Made by a program: the position numbers and the translations under genes. Shown piece after piece: positions 56,986-64,000 of a DNA stretch of 64,000 bases. The DNA is from a virus (Duplodnaviria; Caudoviricetes): IMG/VR virus record IMGVR_UViG_3300011624_000001, positions 24,436-88,435 of that record. The stretch is one strand, 5' to 3'. The notes under the pieces were generated by a model. It made no database searches and was not told where the DNA came from. It worked only from the letters and a program-made list of their open reading frames with translations. Numbering within the stretch: position 1 is the first letter of the stretch; each line of letters begins with the position of its first letter.

Positions 56986-57932
56986 GCGTATTTGTCATGT
57001 CGCTGGTCTGGAAGCGGTTCCCATCAGGCGGCGGCGATATGCTGCTCGCCCTGGCCCTCGCCGATCACGCATCGGACGATGGCACGAAGGTCTACCCATC
57101 CATCAAGCATCTTGCGGCCAAGACTCGTCAATCCGAGCGCACGGTCCAGTATCAACTGCGGCGCATGGAGGAAATGGGCTGGATCATCCTCGTCAATGCA
57201 GGCAATGGCGGGCGTAATTACACCCGAGAATATCGTATTAGCCCTGACTGGATTAACGGTGCAGAAATTGCACCCCCATCCAAAACGCCGCCTGGAAACC
57301 CCGAAAATCGAGGGGGTGCAAATTCTGCACCCCTGCAAAACGGTGCAACTGACGACGGAAAGGGTGCAACTGGCGACGGAAAGGGTGCAACTGACAGCGG
57401 AAAGGGTGCAACAGCTATTGCACCCGCAGTAAACCATCAACAACCATCAATACCCATCAGTAAACCACCAACACCGGCTGCGCCAGTGGTGCCACCAGCA
57501 CCACCTGCGCCACCGGCACCAAAAGCCCCAAAGGCAAAGGCGGGTCCGGCTTCGCCGGTCGTTGTCTTGCCGGATTGGCTTCCTGAATCGGCATGGGGCA
57601 TGTGGGTGCGCCACCGTGCAAAGGACAAGCGGACGGCGCTCGATGACGACAGCGCAGGGCTGCAAATCAAGAAGCTCGCCAAGCTGCGCGCCGAGGGTAA
57701 TGACCCTGTGGCCGTCATCGAAACGAGCATCGAGCGGGGCTGGACCGGCCTGTTCGAGTTGAAGGGTGCGCCGCAGGGTGCTCCCGCTGCCACGCCAGTC
57801 CGTCCCGCCAAGTTCGACCCTAACGGGTTCGTGAATTCAGGAGCCGCATATGCAAGTCCAGCACCAGCACCAGCCTACCCAGGCGCAGAGCCCTTCACCA
57901 TCGACGCTCAATTCGTGGAGCGCCCCTCGTGA
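56982..57932 (+). CDS. Replication initiator (HTH_36, lambda O-like)
   Basis: LLALADHASDDG..YPSIKHLA..SERTVQY..L; internal iterons; IERGWTGLF C-terminus. Confidence 0.8.
   Translation: MSVFVMSLVWKRFPSGGGDMLLALALADHASDDGTKVYPSIKHLAAKTRQSERTVQYQLRRMEEMGWIILVNAGNGGRNYTREYRISPDWINGAEIAPPSKTPPGNPENRGGANSAPLQNGATDDGKGATGDGKGATDSGKGATAIAPAVNHQQPSIPISKPPTPAAPVVPPAPPAPPAPKAPKAKAGPASPVVVLPDWLPESAWGMWVRHRAKDKRTALDDDSAGLQIKKLAKLRAEGNDPVAVIETSIERGWTGLFELKGAPQGAPAATPVRPAKFDPNGFVNSGAAYASPAPAPAYPGAEPFTIDAQFVERPS
57258..57424 (+). repeat. Iterons / probable origin of lytic replication
   Basis: GGTGCAAC repeated with a 21-bp period at 57342, 57363, 57384 and 57405; GGTGCA-N5-TGCACC palindromes at 57258 and 57315. 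Confidence 0.8.
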
Positions 57933-57933
57933 A

Positions 57934-58710
57934 GTGATGGTCATGGAGCCGGACGGCCAGGGCGGCGTCCGCGAGGTGCCCCGCATGCTGTCGGCCATCG
58001 ACCGCCTGTATGGCCGCTTCGCCTCCATGTACATGCACAAGTGGAGTTCGCACTTCACTTCCCCGGCCGTGATCGCCGATTGGAAAAAGGCGTGGTCAAG
58101 CGCGCTGATCGCCGAGGGGATCACGCCTCGGCTTGCGCTAGAAGGCGTCGAGCGGTGCCGCACCGAGTACCCGACGTGGCCGCCGAGCGAGGGACAGTTC
58201 ATCGCCCTGTGCAAGCCGCCCCTGGACTACGAGCAGGCATTCCGCGACGCGGTGCGCGAGCTGCGCAAGCGGCTGCTGAACGATCCAGAGAAGGTGCCGC
58301 ACTGGCCGATCCCGGCGCTGTACTGGGCGGCCGTGGACTACGGCCAGGGGGAGCTGATTGAGGCGAGCTACGGACAGGCCGCGGTTCGCTGGAAAAAGCT
58401 CTTGGACAATCGGCTCAAGGGCGACTGCCCGGACGTGCCACAGTATGTCCCGCAGCTCGCCGCCCCAGTCATGAACGACAAGGGCGAGGCGATCACCAGC
58501 GCCCAGGCGAAGGCCGACGCGCTGGCCGCCATGCGCGCCCTGGTCCGTCGCCAACCGTCGCCGGACGTGGCCGCCGCCAAGGCGCGCGAGGTGCTGGCCC
58601 GGCATGCAGCGGGTGAGCCGTTCCTTCCGATCCAGTTGAGCCATGCGCGTGAAACGCTGGCCCGGCTGTCGGACCCGGCCACCGCCCCGGACGACGACGA
58701 ACCCATTTGA
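57934..58710 (+). CDS. Replication protein P-like (helicase loader family)
   Basis: WPPSEGQF..LC..W...ALYWAA motifs; follows the initiator. Start uncertain (ORF open from 57850). Confidence 0.65.
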   Translation: MMVMEPDGQGGVREVPRMLSAIDRLYGRFASMYMHKWSSHFTSPAVIADWKKAWSSALIAEGITPRLALEGVERCRTEYPTWPPSEGQFIALCKPPLDYEQAFRDAVRELRKRLLNDPEKVPHWPIPALYWAAVDYGQGELIEASYGQAAVRWKKLLDNRLKGDCPDVPQYVPQLAAPVMNDKGEAITSAQAKADALAAMRALVRRQPSPDVAAAKAREVLARHAAGEPFLPIQLSHARETLARLSDPATAPDDDEPI

Positions 58711-59993
58711 CCGAGAGTACCGCCATGAAGCAACAAATCCTTGAACTGATCCTGAGCCGCCCGAATATCCGCACGGTCGAGATTGCTGACCGCATCGACT
58801 GCGACGTGGAAAGCGTGCGCCCGCTGATCGCGGACGAGCTGCGCAGCGGCGTCATCGTGGAAGAAGATATTCGCGCGCCGAACGGCCGGATCGTCCAGTC
58901 GTTCCGGTACGCCAGTGCCGTGGCTGTCGCCGAGGTCATCAAGGTGCTGCCGCCCGAGCCGTTGCCCGCCCGCGTGCTGCGCGCGCTGCCGCCGACCGAG
59001 CGGCCGACTGTTCCGCGTGCCCAGGAGCCGAAGCGCACCCCGAAGCCGACGCAAGCACCAGCGCCGAAGCCAGCCCCGGCACCAGTTGCCGCCCCAGCGC
59101 CGACCCCTGTTGACGCGCAGGCCGCTGCCGAGCCCCTGGAAATCGACGTGCCGGTGTCGCTCAAGCCCGGCGTCACCCTGGCAGCGCCGCCTGCCAGCGG
59201 CAAGGCGAAAAGCCGCGTGGATATGGCGCTCGACTGCCTGCGCGCGGCTGGCGGCAAGTCCGTGACCAGCGGCCAGTTGATCGAGGCAATGGGTGTGCCC
59301 AAGCACCACTCGCCATCGTCCTACCTCAAGTTCGCGCTGAAAGACGGGCGGGTGGCGCGCAGCGAGAATGGCTGGATCGCTGGCCCGGCGCTGCTGGCCG
59401 ATTCCGTGGGTGCTGGCGCGGTGGGATTCGCTGGCGAACCAGCCCTGGACGCCGTGGAGCTGCCCGAGCCTGCGGTGGCGGTACGCTCCAAGCCGTCCGA
59501 AGTGGCCCTGGTCGAGCCGACCGCTACAGTTGCCCCTGCGCCCGTCGTCAGTGACCAGCCCGCCGCCCAGGTCGATCCCGATGCGACCGCGCCGAAAGAG
59601 CGCTACCCAGCGCCGTCGTTCTTGGCCCCGCAAGCCGAGGCCGTGCGCATTGGCGGGTCGAGCAACTACCCATTGCCGCCCGTTGCCGAGGGCGCGCCCG
59701 ACATCACCCGCAATGGGCTGTACGAAAACGGGGAGTTCCGTAAGCCTGCGGACGAGCTGCTTATCGTCGGCGGCATTGGCGTGAGCGGCGGCCTGTCCGA
59801 AAGTGTGAATATCGGACAAGAGGCAGCGAACGAGCCTGCCCCGGAGCGATTCCTGGCAGGCGTGATGTCCGACGGCTCGCTGTACTTGAGCGTGCCCGGC
59901 AATGCGCCGATGAGCCTTACGCCTGACCAGGGCCGTGAGCTGTTCGATTTCCTGCGCAAGATGGGGTATGCGGCGTGGCCGACGGCAGCGTGA
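58707..59993 (+). CDS. Multi-wHTH Pro/Ala-rich hypothetical protein
   Basis: Two HTH-like blocks (IRTVEIADRI; VTSGQLIEAMG) joined by PA-rich linkers. Confidence 0.65.
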   Translation: MTESTAMKQQILELILSRPNIRTVEIADRIDCDVESVRPLIADELRSGVIVEEDIRAPNGRIVQSFRYASAVAVAEVIKVLPPEPLPARVLRALPPTERPTVPRAQEPKRTPKPTQAPAPKPAPAPVAAPAPTPVDAQAAAEPLEIDVPVSLKPGVTLAAPPASGKAKSRVDMALDCLRAAGGKSVTSGQLIEAMGVPKHHSPSSYLKFALKDGRVARSENGWIAGPALLADSVGAGAVGFAGEPALDAVELPEPAVAVRSKPSEVALVEPTATVAPAPVVSDQPAAQVDPDATAPKERYPAPSFLAPQAEAVRIGGSSNYPLPPVAEGAPDITRNGLYENGEFRKPADELLIVGGIGVSGGLSESVNIGQEAANEPAPERFLAGVMSDGSLYLSVPGNAPMSLTPDQGRELFDFLRKMGYAAWPTAA

Positions 59994-60262
59994 CCGAGCC
60001 CGCTGGCCCATGCGAGTGGTGCCTGACCTTCTCGGGCCGGACGATGAAGGGCCGACCGTGCTGCGAGCTGCGCGCACTGGCCGGGATGCCCAAGGCCCAG
60101 CGTGAGGCCGTGTACATGCGTACATTGAAAGACGACGGGTTCGACGCCCTGGACGCGCTCAAGGCGGCCGTGGTCGGAGAGTACAAGCGCCGGATGGCGT
60201 TCAACGATGCCAAGCGCGGGAGCTTCGTGGCAGCGGCAAAGGCGGCTTTAGTGCGGCCGTAA
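59990..60262 (+). CDS. Hypothetical protein with CEWC..CC
   Basis: GTGA overlap. Confidence 0.55.
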   Translation: MTEPAGPCEWCLTFSGRTMKGRPCCELRALAGMPKAQREAVYMRTLKDDGFDALDALKAAVVGEYKRRMAFNDAKRGSFVAAAKAALVRP

Positions 60263-60279
60263 ATATAGGCATTTCAATA

Positions 60280-60519
60280 GTGGCTATTGATAAAGAAAAC
60301 GAGACGAATCGCCTGCTCCGCGACCGTATCGCGAAGCTGCAGGCGACGCTGCGCGCCTACGATGCGATGCTCAACACCGGCATGGCCGATGCCCTGCGCA
60401 AGAGGAATGCGGAGCTGGAGCGGGCGCTTTTGGGCGTGGTGTACAGCGGTCATTTGCCCGAGGCGGAGCTGGCCGCTTTAAAAGTTACGATAGGAAATAA
60501 AGTTACGTCAAAATATTGA
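60280..60519 (+). CDS. Small coiled-coil hypothetical protein
   Basis: 79-aa ORF with a GTG start. Confidence 0.45.
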   Translation: MAIDKENETNRLLRDRIAKLQATLRAYDAMLNTGMADALRKRNAELERALLGVVYSGHLPEAELAALKVTIGNKVTSKY

Positions 60520-60543
60520 CTTCCAAATATATTGCTGTCAGTA

Positions 60544-60588
60544 ATAGGGGTGCCAATGAAATAAACATTGGCATCCCTATTTTTATTT
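60544..60588 (+). terminator. 15-bp stem hairpin plus T-tract (terminator or operator)
   Basis: ATAGGGGTGCCAATG-AAATAAA-CATTGGCATCCCTAT-TTTT. Confidence 0.65.
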
Positions 60589-60601
60589 CAGAGAGTCCGC
60601 A

Positions 60602-60895
60602 ATGAGTGCGAAAAGCCAGCAAACCGTCATCACCGCCTTGACCGAGAATCACCTCGATAACCCGGACTACACGCCGGAAAAGCTGCTGGACACGATGCAC
60701 GCGCGCCTGGGACTCAAGAACGACGCCGCCCTGGCGCGCCTGCTGGAACTGCCGCCCGCCGTGGTGAGCAAGCTGCGCCGCCGTCAAGCGAGCATCACGG
60801 CCGCGCTGCTGGTGCGCATGCACGACATCACCGGCTGGTCGATCAGCGACCTGCGCGCGCTGCTGGGCCTCAAGTCCCAGTTCCAGGCCATCTAA
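60602..60895 (+). CDS. Small XRE HTH regulator
   Basis: PEKLLD..LGLKNDAALARLLE..VVSKLR..LLVRMHD, a type I associate with Oxalobacteraceae. Confidence 0.75.
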   Translation: MSAKSQQTVITALTENHLDNPDYTPEKLLDTMHARLGLKNDAALARLLELPPAVVSKLRRRQASITAALLVRMHDITGWSISDLRALLGLKSQFQAI

Positions 60896-60908
60896 CGCTG
60901 CCTGCTCG

Positions 60909-61346
60909 ATGACCGCACGCCGCCGCTCGAACAATTGGACCGCTGCCGACCTGGCGCTGGCGCAGGCACGCGCCGCCAGCCCGGCCGTCGCCGCGCCCGC
61001 CAAGCAGGCCAAGTACCGCAACCGCAAGGTGGTGGTCGATGGCGTGGCGTTCGATAGCGCAGGCGAGCAGCGCCGCTATGCCGATCTGTGCCAGTTGCAG
61101 GCGGCCGGGATCATCGCAGGCCTCAAGCGAAGCGTGGCGTTCGAGCTGGCCCCAGCGTGTCACCTGGGCGGGAAGGCGCGCAAGCCCGCGCTGCGCTACG
61201 TGGCCGACTTCACCTATACCGAGGGCGGGGCGCTGGTGGTCGAGGACTTCAAGAGCCCGGCCACCCTGGCGAATCCGGTCTACCGCATCAAAAAGCACCT
61301 GATGATGACCGTCCACGGCATCCTGATCCGGGAGTCCCGCAAGTGA
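60909..61346 (+). CDS. DUF1064 family endonuclease-like protein
   Basis: KYRNRKVVVDG..FDS..E..RY..YVADF.Y..VVEDFK. Confidence 0.85.
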   Translation: MTARRRSNNWTAADLALAQARAASPAVAAPAKQAKYRNRKVVVDGVAFDSAGEQRRYADLCQLQAAGIIAGLKRSVAFELAPACHLGGKARKPALRYVADFTYTEGGALVVEDFKSPATLANPVYRIKKHLMMTVHGILIRESRK

Positions 61347-61738
61347 TCCTGTACCACAACTCCCGCATGGACAAGCCGGAAACGATCGCGCGCCTGGAGG
61401 CGATCATCGCCAGCGTCGAGGCGCACGGCAACCGCACGGCCGAGCAGATCGCGGCCGACACCGGCATCCTGCCGCGCATGGTGACGCTGTACGTCGCCTA
61501 CCTGCGCTCCATCGGCCAGCTCGGCATCTTCAAGCGCCCGAGCTGCACCCGGCGCGAGGCCGCAGTATTCAACCGAGGCCCGATCACCGGCCCGCTGCCG
61601 ACGACTGCCGCGCCCGAGAGCGTGCGTGTGACGGGCACAACCGTGCGCCGGGTGGGCGCGAACGACTGGCCGCGCGGGCAAGAGCATGTGCGCCGCACCG
61701 GCCTGATGGCCTACCTCTACCCGTTCGCCCCGGAGTAA
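61343..61738 (+). CDS. wHTH-domain hypothetical protein
   Basis: GTGA overlap; TAEQIAADTGILPRMVTLYVAYL. Confidence 0.6.
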   Translation: MILYHNSRMDKPETIARLEAIIASVEAHGNRTAEQIAADTGILPRMVTLYVAYLRSIGQLGIFKRPSCTRREAAVFNRGPITGPLPTTAAPESVRVTGTTVRRVGANDWPRGQEHVRRTGLMAYLYPFAPE

Positions 61739-61740
61739 GC

Positions 61741-62202
61741 ATGGAAATCCAGCTCATCAAGGTAGCGCAGGGCGCGCTGGTCCCGGCCGACGAGAACGAG
61801 GCCGAGAAGATCAAGAAATTCAAGCTGGGCGCGCTGGTCCGCTGCGAGGTAGCCGAGGTGCGCAACCCGCAGTTCCACCGCAAGTTCATGGCGCTGGTGC
61901 GCCTGGGCTTCGATTCGTTCAGCCCGCCCGAGGCGACGCACAAGGGCTTCCCGGTCGAAACCGACTTCGAGCAGTTCCGCGAGGACTTGACCATCGCAGC
62001 CGGGTTCTTCGTCGTGGCCTACCGGATCGACGGCACATTCCGCGTGCGCGCCAAGTCGATCAGCTTCGCCCGCATGAAGCAAGACGAGTTCGAGCGCGTG
62101 TACAGCGCCGTGGCGAACGTGCTGCTGCGCGGGGTTCTGGCCCGTTACCAAAATCGGGCGGTTTTGGACAATGTAGTTAATCAAATCCTGGGATTCGTAT
62201 GA
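61741..62202 (+). CDS. DUF1367 family protein
   Basis: LVPA..RNPQFHRKFMAL..RAKSISFARM...FERVY. Confidence 0.85.
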   Translation: MEIQLIKVAQGALVPADENEAEKIKKFKLGALVRCEVAEVRNPQFHRKFMALVRLGFDSFSPPEATHKGFPVETDFEQFREDLTIAAGFFVVAYRIDGTFRVRAKSISFARMKQDEFERVYSAVANVLLRGVLARYQNRAVLDNVVNQILGFV

Positions 62203-62897
62203 CCGAAGCAATCACCATCGCGCTGGACGGCCTGGAAAGCGCACCTACCAAGCGCTTCGTGCGCAACAAGGACGTGCCGCTCGAAACTGAGCGCGTGCGC
62301 GAGCGCATGATTTCGGCGCGCGTGATGAATGGCCTGACCGCCGTAGAGGCGGCATCGCGCCTGGGGTACGCCAACAGCACGCAACTGAGCCAGATCGAGA
62401 GCGGCGAGCGCAAGGTGCCGAACGACTGGCAGTTCCTCCTGCGCATGAGCCGGGTCTACAGCGTGTCGGTCGATTACCTGCTGGGCGTGTCGCCGCATCC
62501 AGAGCGCGATCCGGTCGCGGCCGAAAGTTTCGCCATGCTGCGCGGGTTCGAGGGATTGCTCCAGGCGCAGGCCACGGCCATGACGGCGGCATTCGTTCGC
62601 TACGGGAAGGAGAAGGAAGCCGCGCGGGTGGACCTGCAAGCCGTCTGTGGCGCTGCCCAGCACGTCACCGCCGCGCTCGCACGCATCCGTGAGCTGAACC
62701 CGGCGTTCGATGACGAGATGCGCGGTAGCAGCACGTTGCTGGCCGCCGTAGAGCGCCTGGAAGCTGCCGCCATCCCTGTGCAGGACGCGATCAACCGCCG
62801 CGCGCTGAACGAACAGCACTGCCTCGCGCTCGCCAAGGGCAAGGAAGGGCCGCTCGCATCCTATGTGGCCGACGTGCAGATGGGCCTGGAGTTCTGA
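62199..62897 (+). CDS. XRE-HTH regulator with long C-terminal domain (late-activator candidate)
   Basis: LTAVEAASRLGYANSTQLSQIESG..SVDYLLG; two genes upstream of terS. Confidence 0.75.
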   Translation: MTEAITIALDGLESAPTKRFVRNKDVPLETERVRERMISARVMNGLTAVEAASRLGYANSTQLSQIESGERKVPNDWQFLLRMSRVYSVSVDYLLGVSPHPERDPVAAESFAMLRGFEGLLQAQATAMTAAFVRYGKEKEAARVDLQAVCGAAQHVTAALARIRELNPAFDDEMRGSSTLLAAVERLEAAAIPVQDAINRRALNEQHCLALAKGKEGPLASYVADVQMGLEF

Positions 62898-63097
62898 TGA
62901 TCGTCAACTTCATTGCAATCGCTGTTGCCGCCGTTATCGTCTACCGCGCCGTGGATGAGGTCATGGAGCCGCTGAGTAGGTCGCGCGTGTCGGACGACGA
63001 GCTGCTTGCCATGCTGGGCCGATTCCTGCGCGTAATGGGCGGGACCACGTTGCTTGTGCTCGCCCTGGTGGCGCTGGCACTCGGGAGGGCTGCGTAA
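62897..63097 (+). CDS. Small two-TM membrane protein
   Basis: Two hydrophobic segments; coupled at both ends. Confidence 0.55.
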   Translation: MIVNFIAIAVAAVIVYRAVDEVMEPLSRSRVSDDELLAMLGRFLRVMGGTTLLVLALVALALGRAA

Positions 63098-63996
63098 TGG
63101 CCCGGTTGTCGAAAGAGCAGTGGGTCGAGGCGCGCGCATGGTGGGAGAGCGACGCATCCGTGTCGTTCCAGATGATTGCCGACCGCTACGGGTGCAGCCG
63201 TCCCGCAGTAGGGCAGAAGGCCGACAAGGAAGGCTGGGCCAGGGGAGAGGAAGGCACCGCGGATTCCCCCGCCCAGGGGGAGAAAGAAGCCGCAGCCCCG
63301 AAACTTTCGCCCACCCCGAAACTTTCGGGTCCGAAAGCATCGAAAGTTGCGCCCAAGGCACCCGCGCAGCCAGAGGATGAGGCACCCGCAAGCCTCCCAG
63401 CACTGTCGCAGCGTGACCGGGAATTGATGCTGGGCCGCCGCCCTGTTGGTCGCCCCACCGACTATCGCCCGGAGTTCGTGGCCGAGCTGATTGCCTACTT
63501 CGACATAGAGGTGAGAAGCGTCGCCGAGGTGGACGTGACCGACAAGGACGGCAAGACCCGAACCGAGAAAACGCTCGTCGTGAACACCTTCCCGACCCTG
63601 ACGCGCTTCGCCGCCAAGATCGGCGTTACCCGGCAGACGCTGCACGACTGGGCAACCGCAAAAGACCGCGATGGAGCCCTGTTGCGACCGGAATTTGCTT
63701 ACGCATATGCGCGCGCGAAAGATGCGCAGGAAAGTTTACTGGTCGAGGGCGGCATGACTGGGGTATATGAGCCCCGATTCGCCGTGTTCGCAGCCAAGAA
63801 CCTCGCGGGCTGGAAAGACCAGATCGAGACGACCGGCGAGGTCACGCATACCCTGGTCAAGTCCGACGAGCTGGACGAGCTGTACGCGCAGGGCACCGCC
63901 GCCATGGAGGCGAACCGCGCCAAGGTGATCGAGCGCAAGCGCCGCACCCTGGAGGCGGAAACCGTGGACGTGCGCGAGGTAAAGCGTGGCGGCTAA
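63097..63996 (+). CDS. terS: Terminase small subunit
   Basis: N-terminal HTH; GRPTDYRPE..FPTLTRFA..GV.RQTL.DW..PEF..AY..AK..QE motifs. Confidence 0.8.
   Translation: MARLSKEQWVEARAWWESDASVSFQMIADRYGCSRPAVGQKADKEGWARGEEGTADSPAQGEKEAAAPKLSPTPKLSGPKASKVAPKAPAQPEDEAPASLPALSQRDRELMLGRRPVGRPTDYRPEFVAELIAYFDIEVRSVAEVDVTDKDGKTRTEKTLVVNTFPTLTRFAAKIGVTRQTLHDWATAKDRDGALLRPEFAYAYARAKDAQESLLVEGGMTGVYEPRFAVFAAKNLAGWKDQIETTGEVTHTLVKSDELDELYAQGTAAMEANRAKVIERKRRTLEAETVDVREVKRGG
63296..63348 (+). repeat. CGAAACTTTCG repeats inside terS (candidate pac site)
   Basis: CCCCGAAACTTTCG at 63296 and 63314; inverted CGAAAGTT at 63341. Confidence 0.45.
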
Positions 63997-64000
63997 GTCC
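63986..64000 (+). CDS. Probable start of terminase large subunit (truncated by window end)
   Basis: GAGGT RBS then GTG GCG GCT AAG TCC overlapping the terS end; only five codons visible. Confidence 0.35.

Larger units (their letters stand above)
1..64000. mobile_element. P1-like temperate myophage / putative phage-plasmid (partial genome)
   Basis: Continuous head, tail, lysis, immunity, replication and packaging genes; no host housekeeping genes; stbABC present; no integrase in window. Confidence 0.93.

Noticed and set aside
6257-58396. Other plus-strand GGAAAA hexamers (6257, 14791, 15244, 16165, 19309, 30135, 30825, 47402, 48244, 53951, 58082, 58391)
   Set aside because: No NANAVT hexamer at 29 nt. 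Site 19309 has TATGCT at 28 nt and is at best a weak variant.
60481-60508. Two AAAGTTACG copies resembling the P1 Lpa -22 box (AAGTTACTT)
   Set aside because: They lie within coding sequence and are absent from all late gene junctions.
21104-63330. 12-mer AAACTTTCGGGT shared by the darB promoter and the pac candidate
   Set aside because: Many 12-mer matches are expected by chance in 64 kb.
1-64000. CRISPR array, tRNA, DGR/retron reverse transcriptase, integrase, Cin invertase, IS elements
   Set aside because: No repeat-spacer array, cloverleaf, RT motif, recombinase or transposase recognised.

Overview
The whole 64-kb window is one temperate phage genome segment. It is GC-rich, and the host is probably a betaproteobacterium (Oxalobacteraceae-like, inferred from one XRE protein). 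The virion module is P1-like: portal, capsid, sheath, tube, baseplate, a tape measure with a lytic transglycosylase, and an expanded Dar anti-restriction cargo cluster (InPase-DarA, DdrB-like metallopeptidase, DarB methylase-helicase, Ulx, Hdf). It is combined with a lambdoid cI/cro switch, O/P-like replication with internal iterons, a RecT/exonuclease module and a conjugative-plasmid-type stbABC stability operon. No integrase, invertase, parA or repA is visible in the window. Main signals read from the sequence: (1) a late-promoter motif GGAAAA-N29-NANAVT with exactly 29-nt spacing at 11 sites; (2) four tandem receptor-binding protein genes sharing an N-terminal anchor, three with their own copy of that promoter; (3) two accessory islands whose sigma70 promoters share an identical 20-mer; (4) recurring targeting and cleavage-like motifs among head-cargo proteins; (5) stbABC with upstream repeats, suggesting a chimeric phage-plasmid. 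Family names come from motif recognition and synteny, not database searches.
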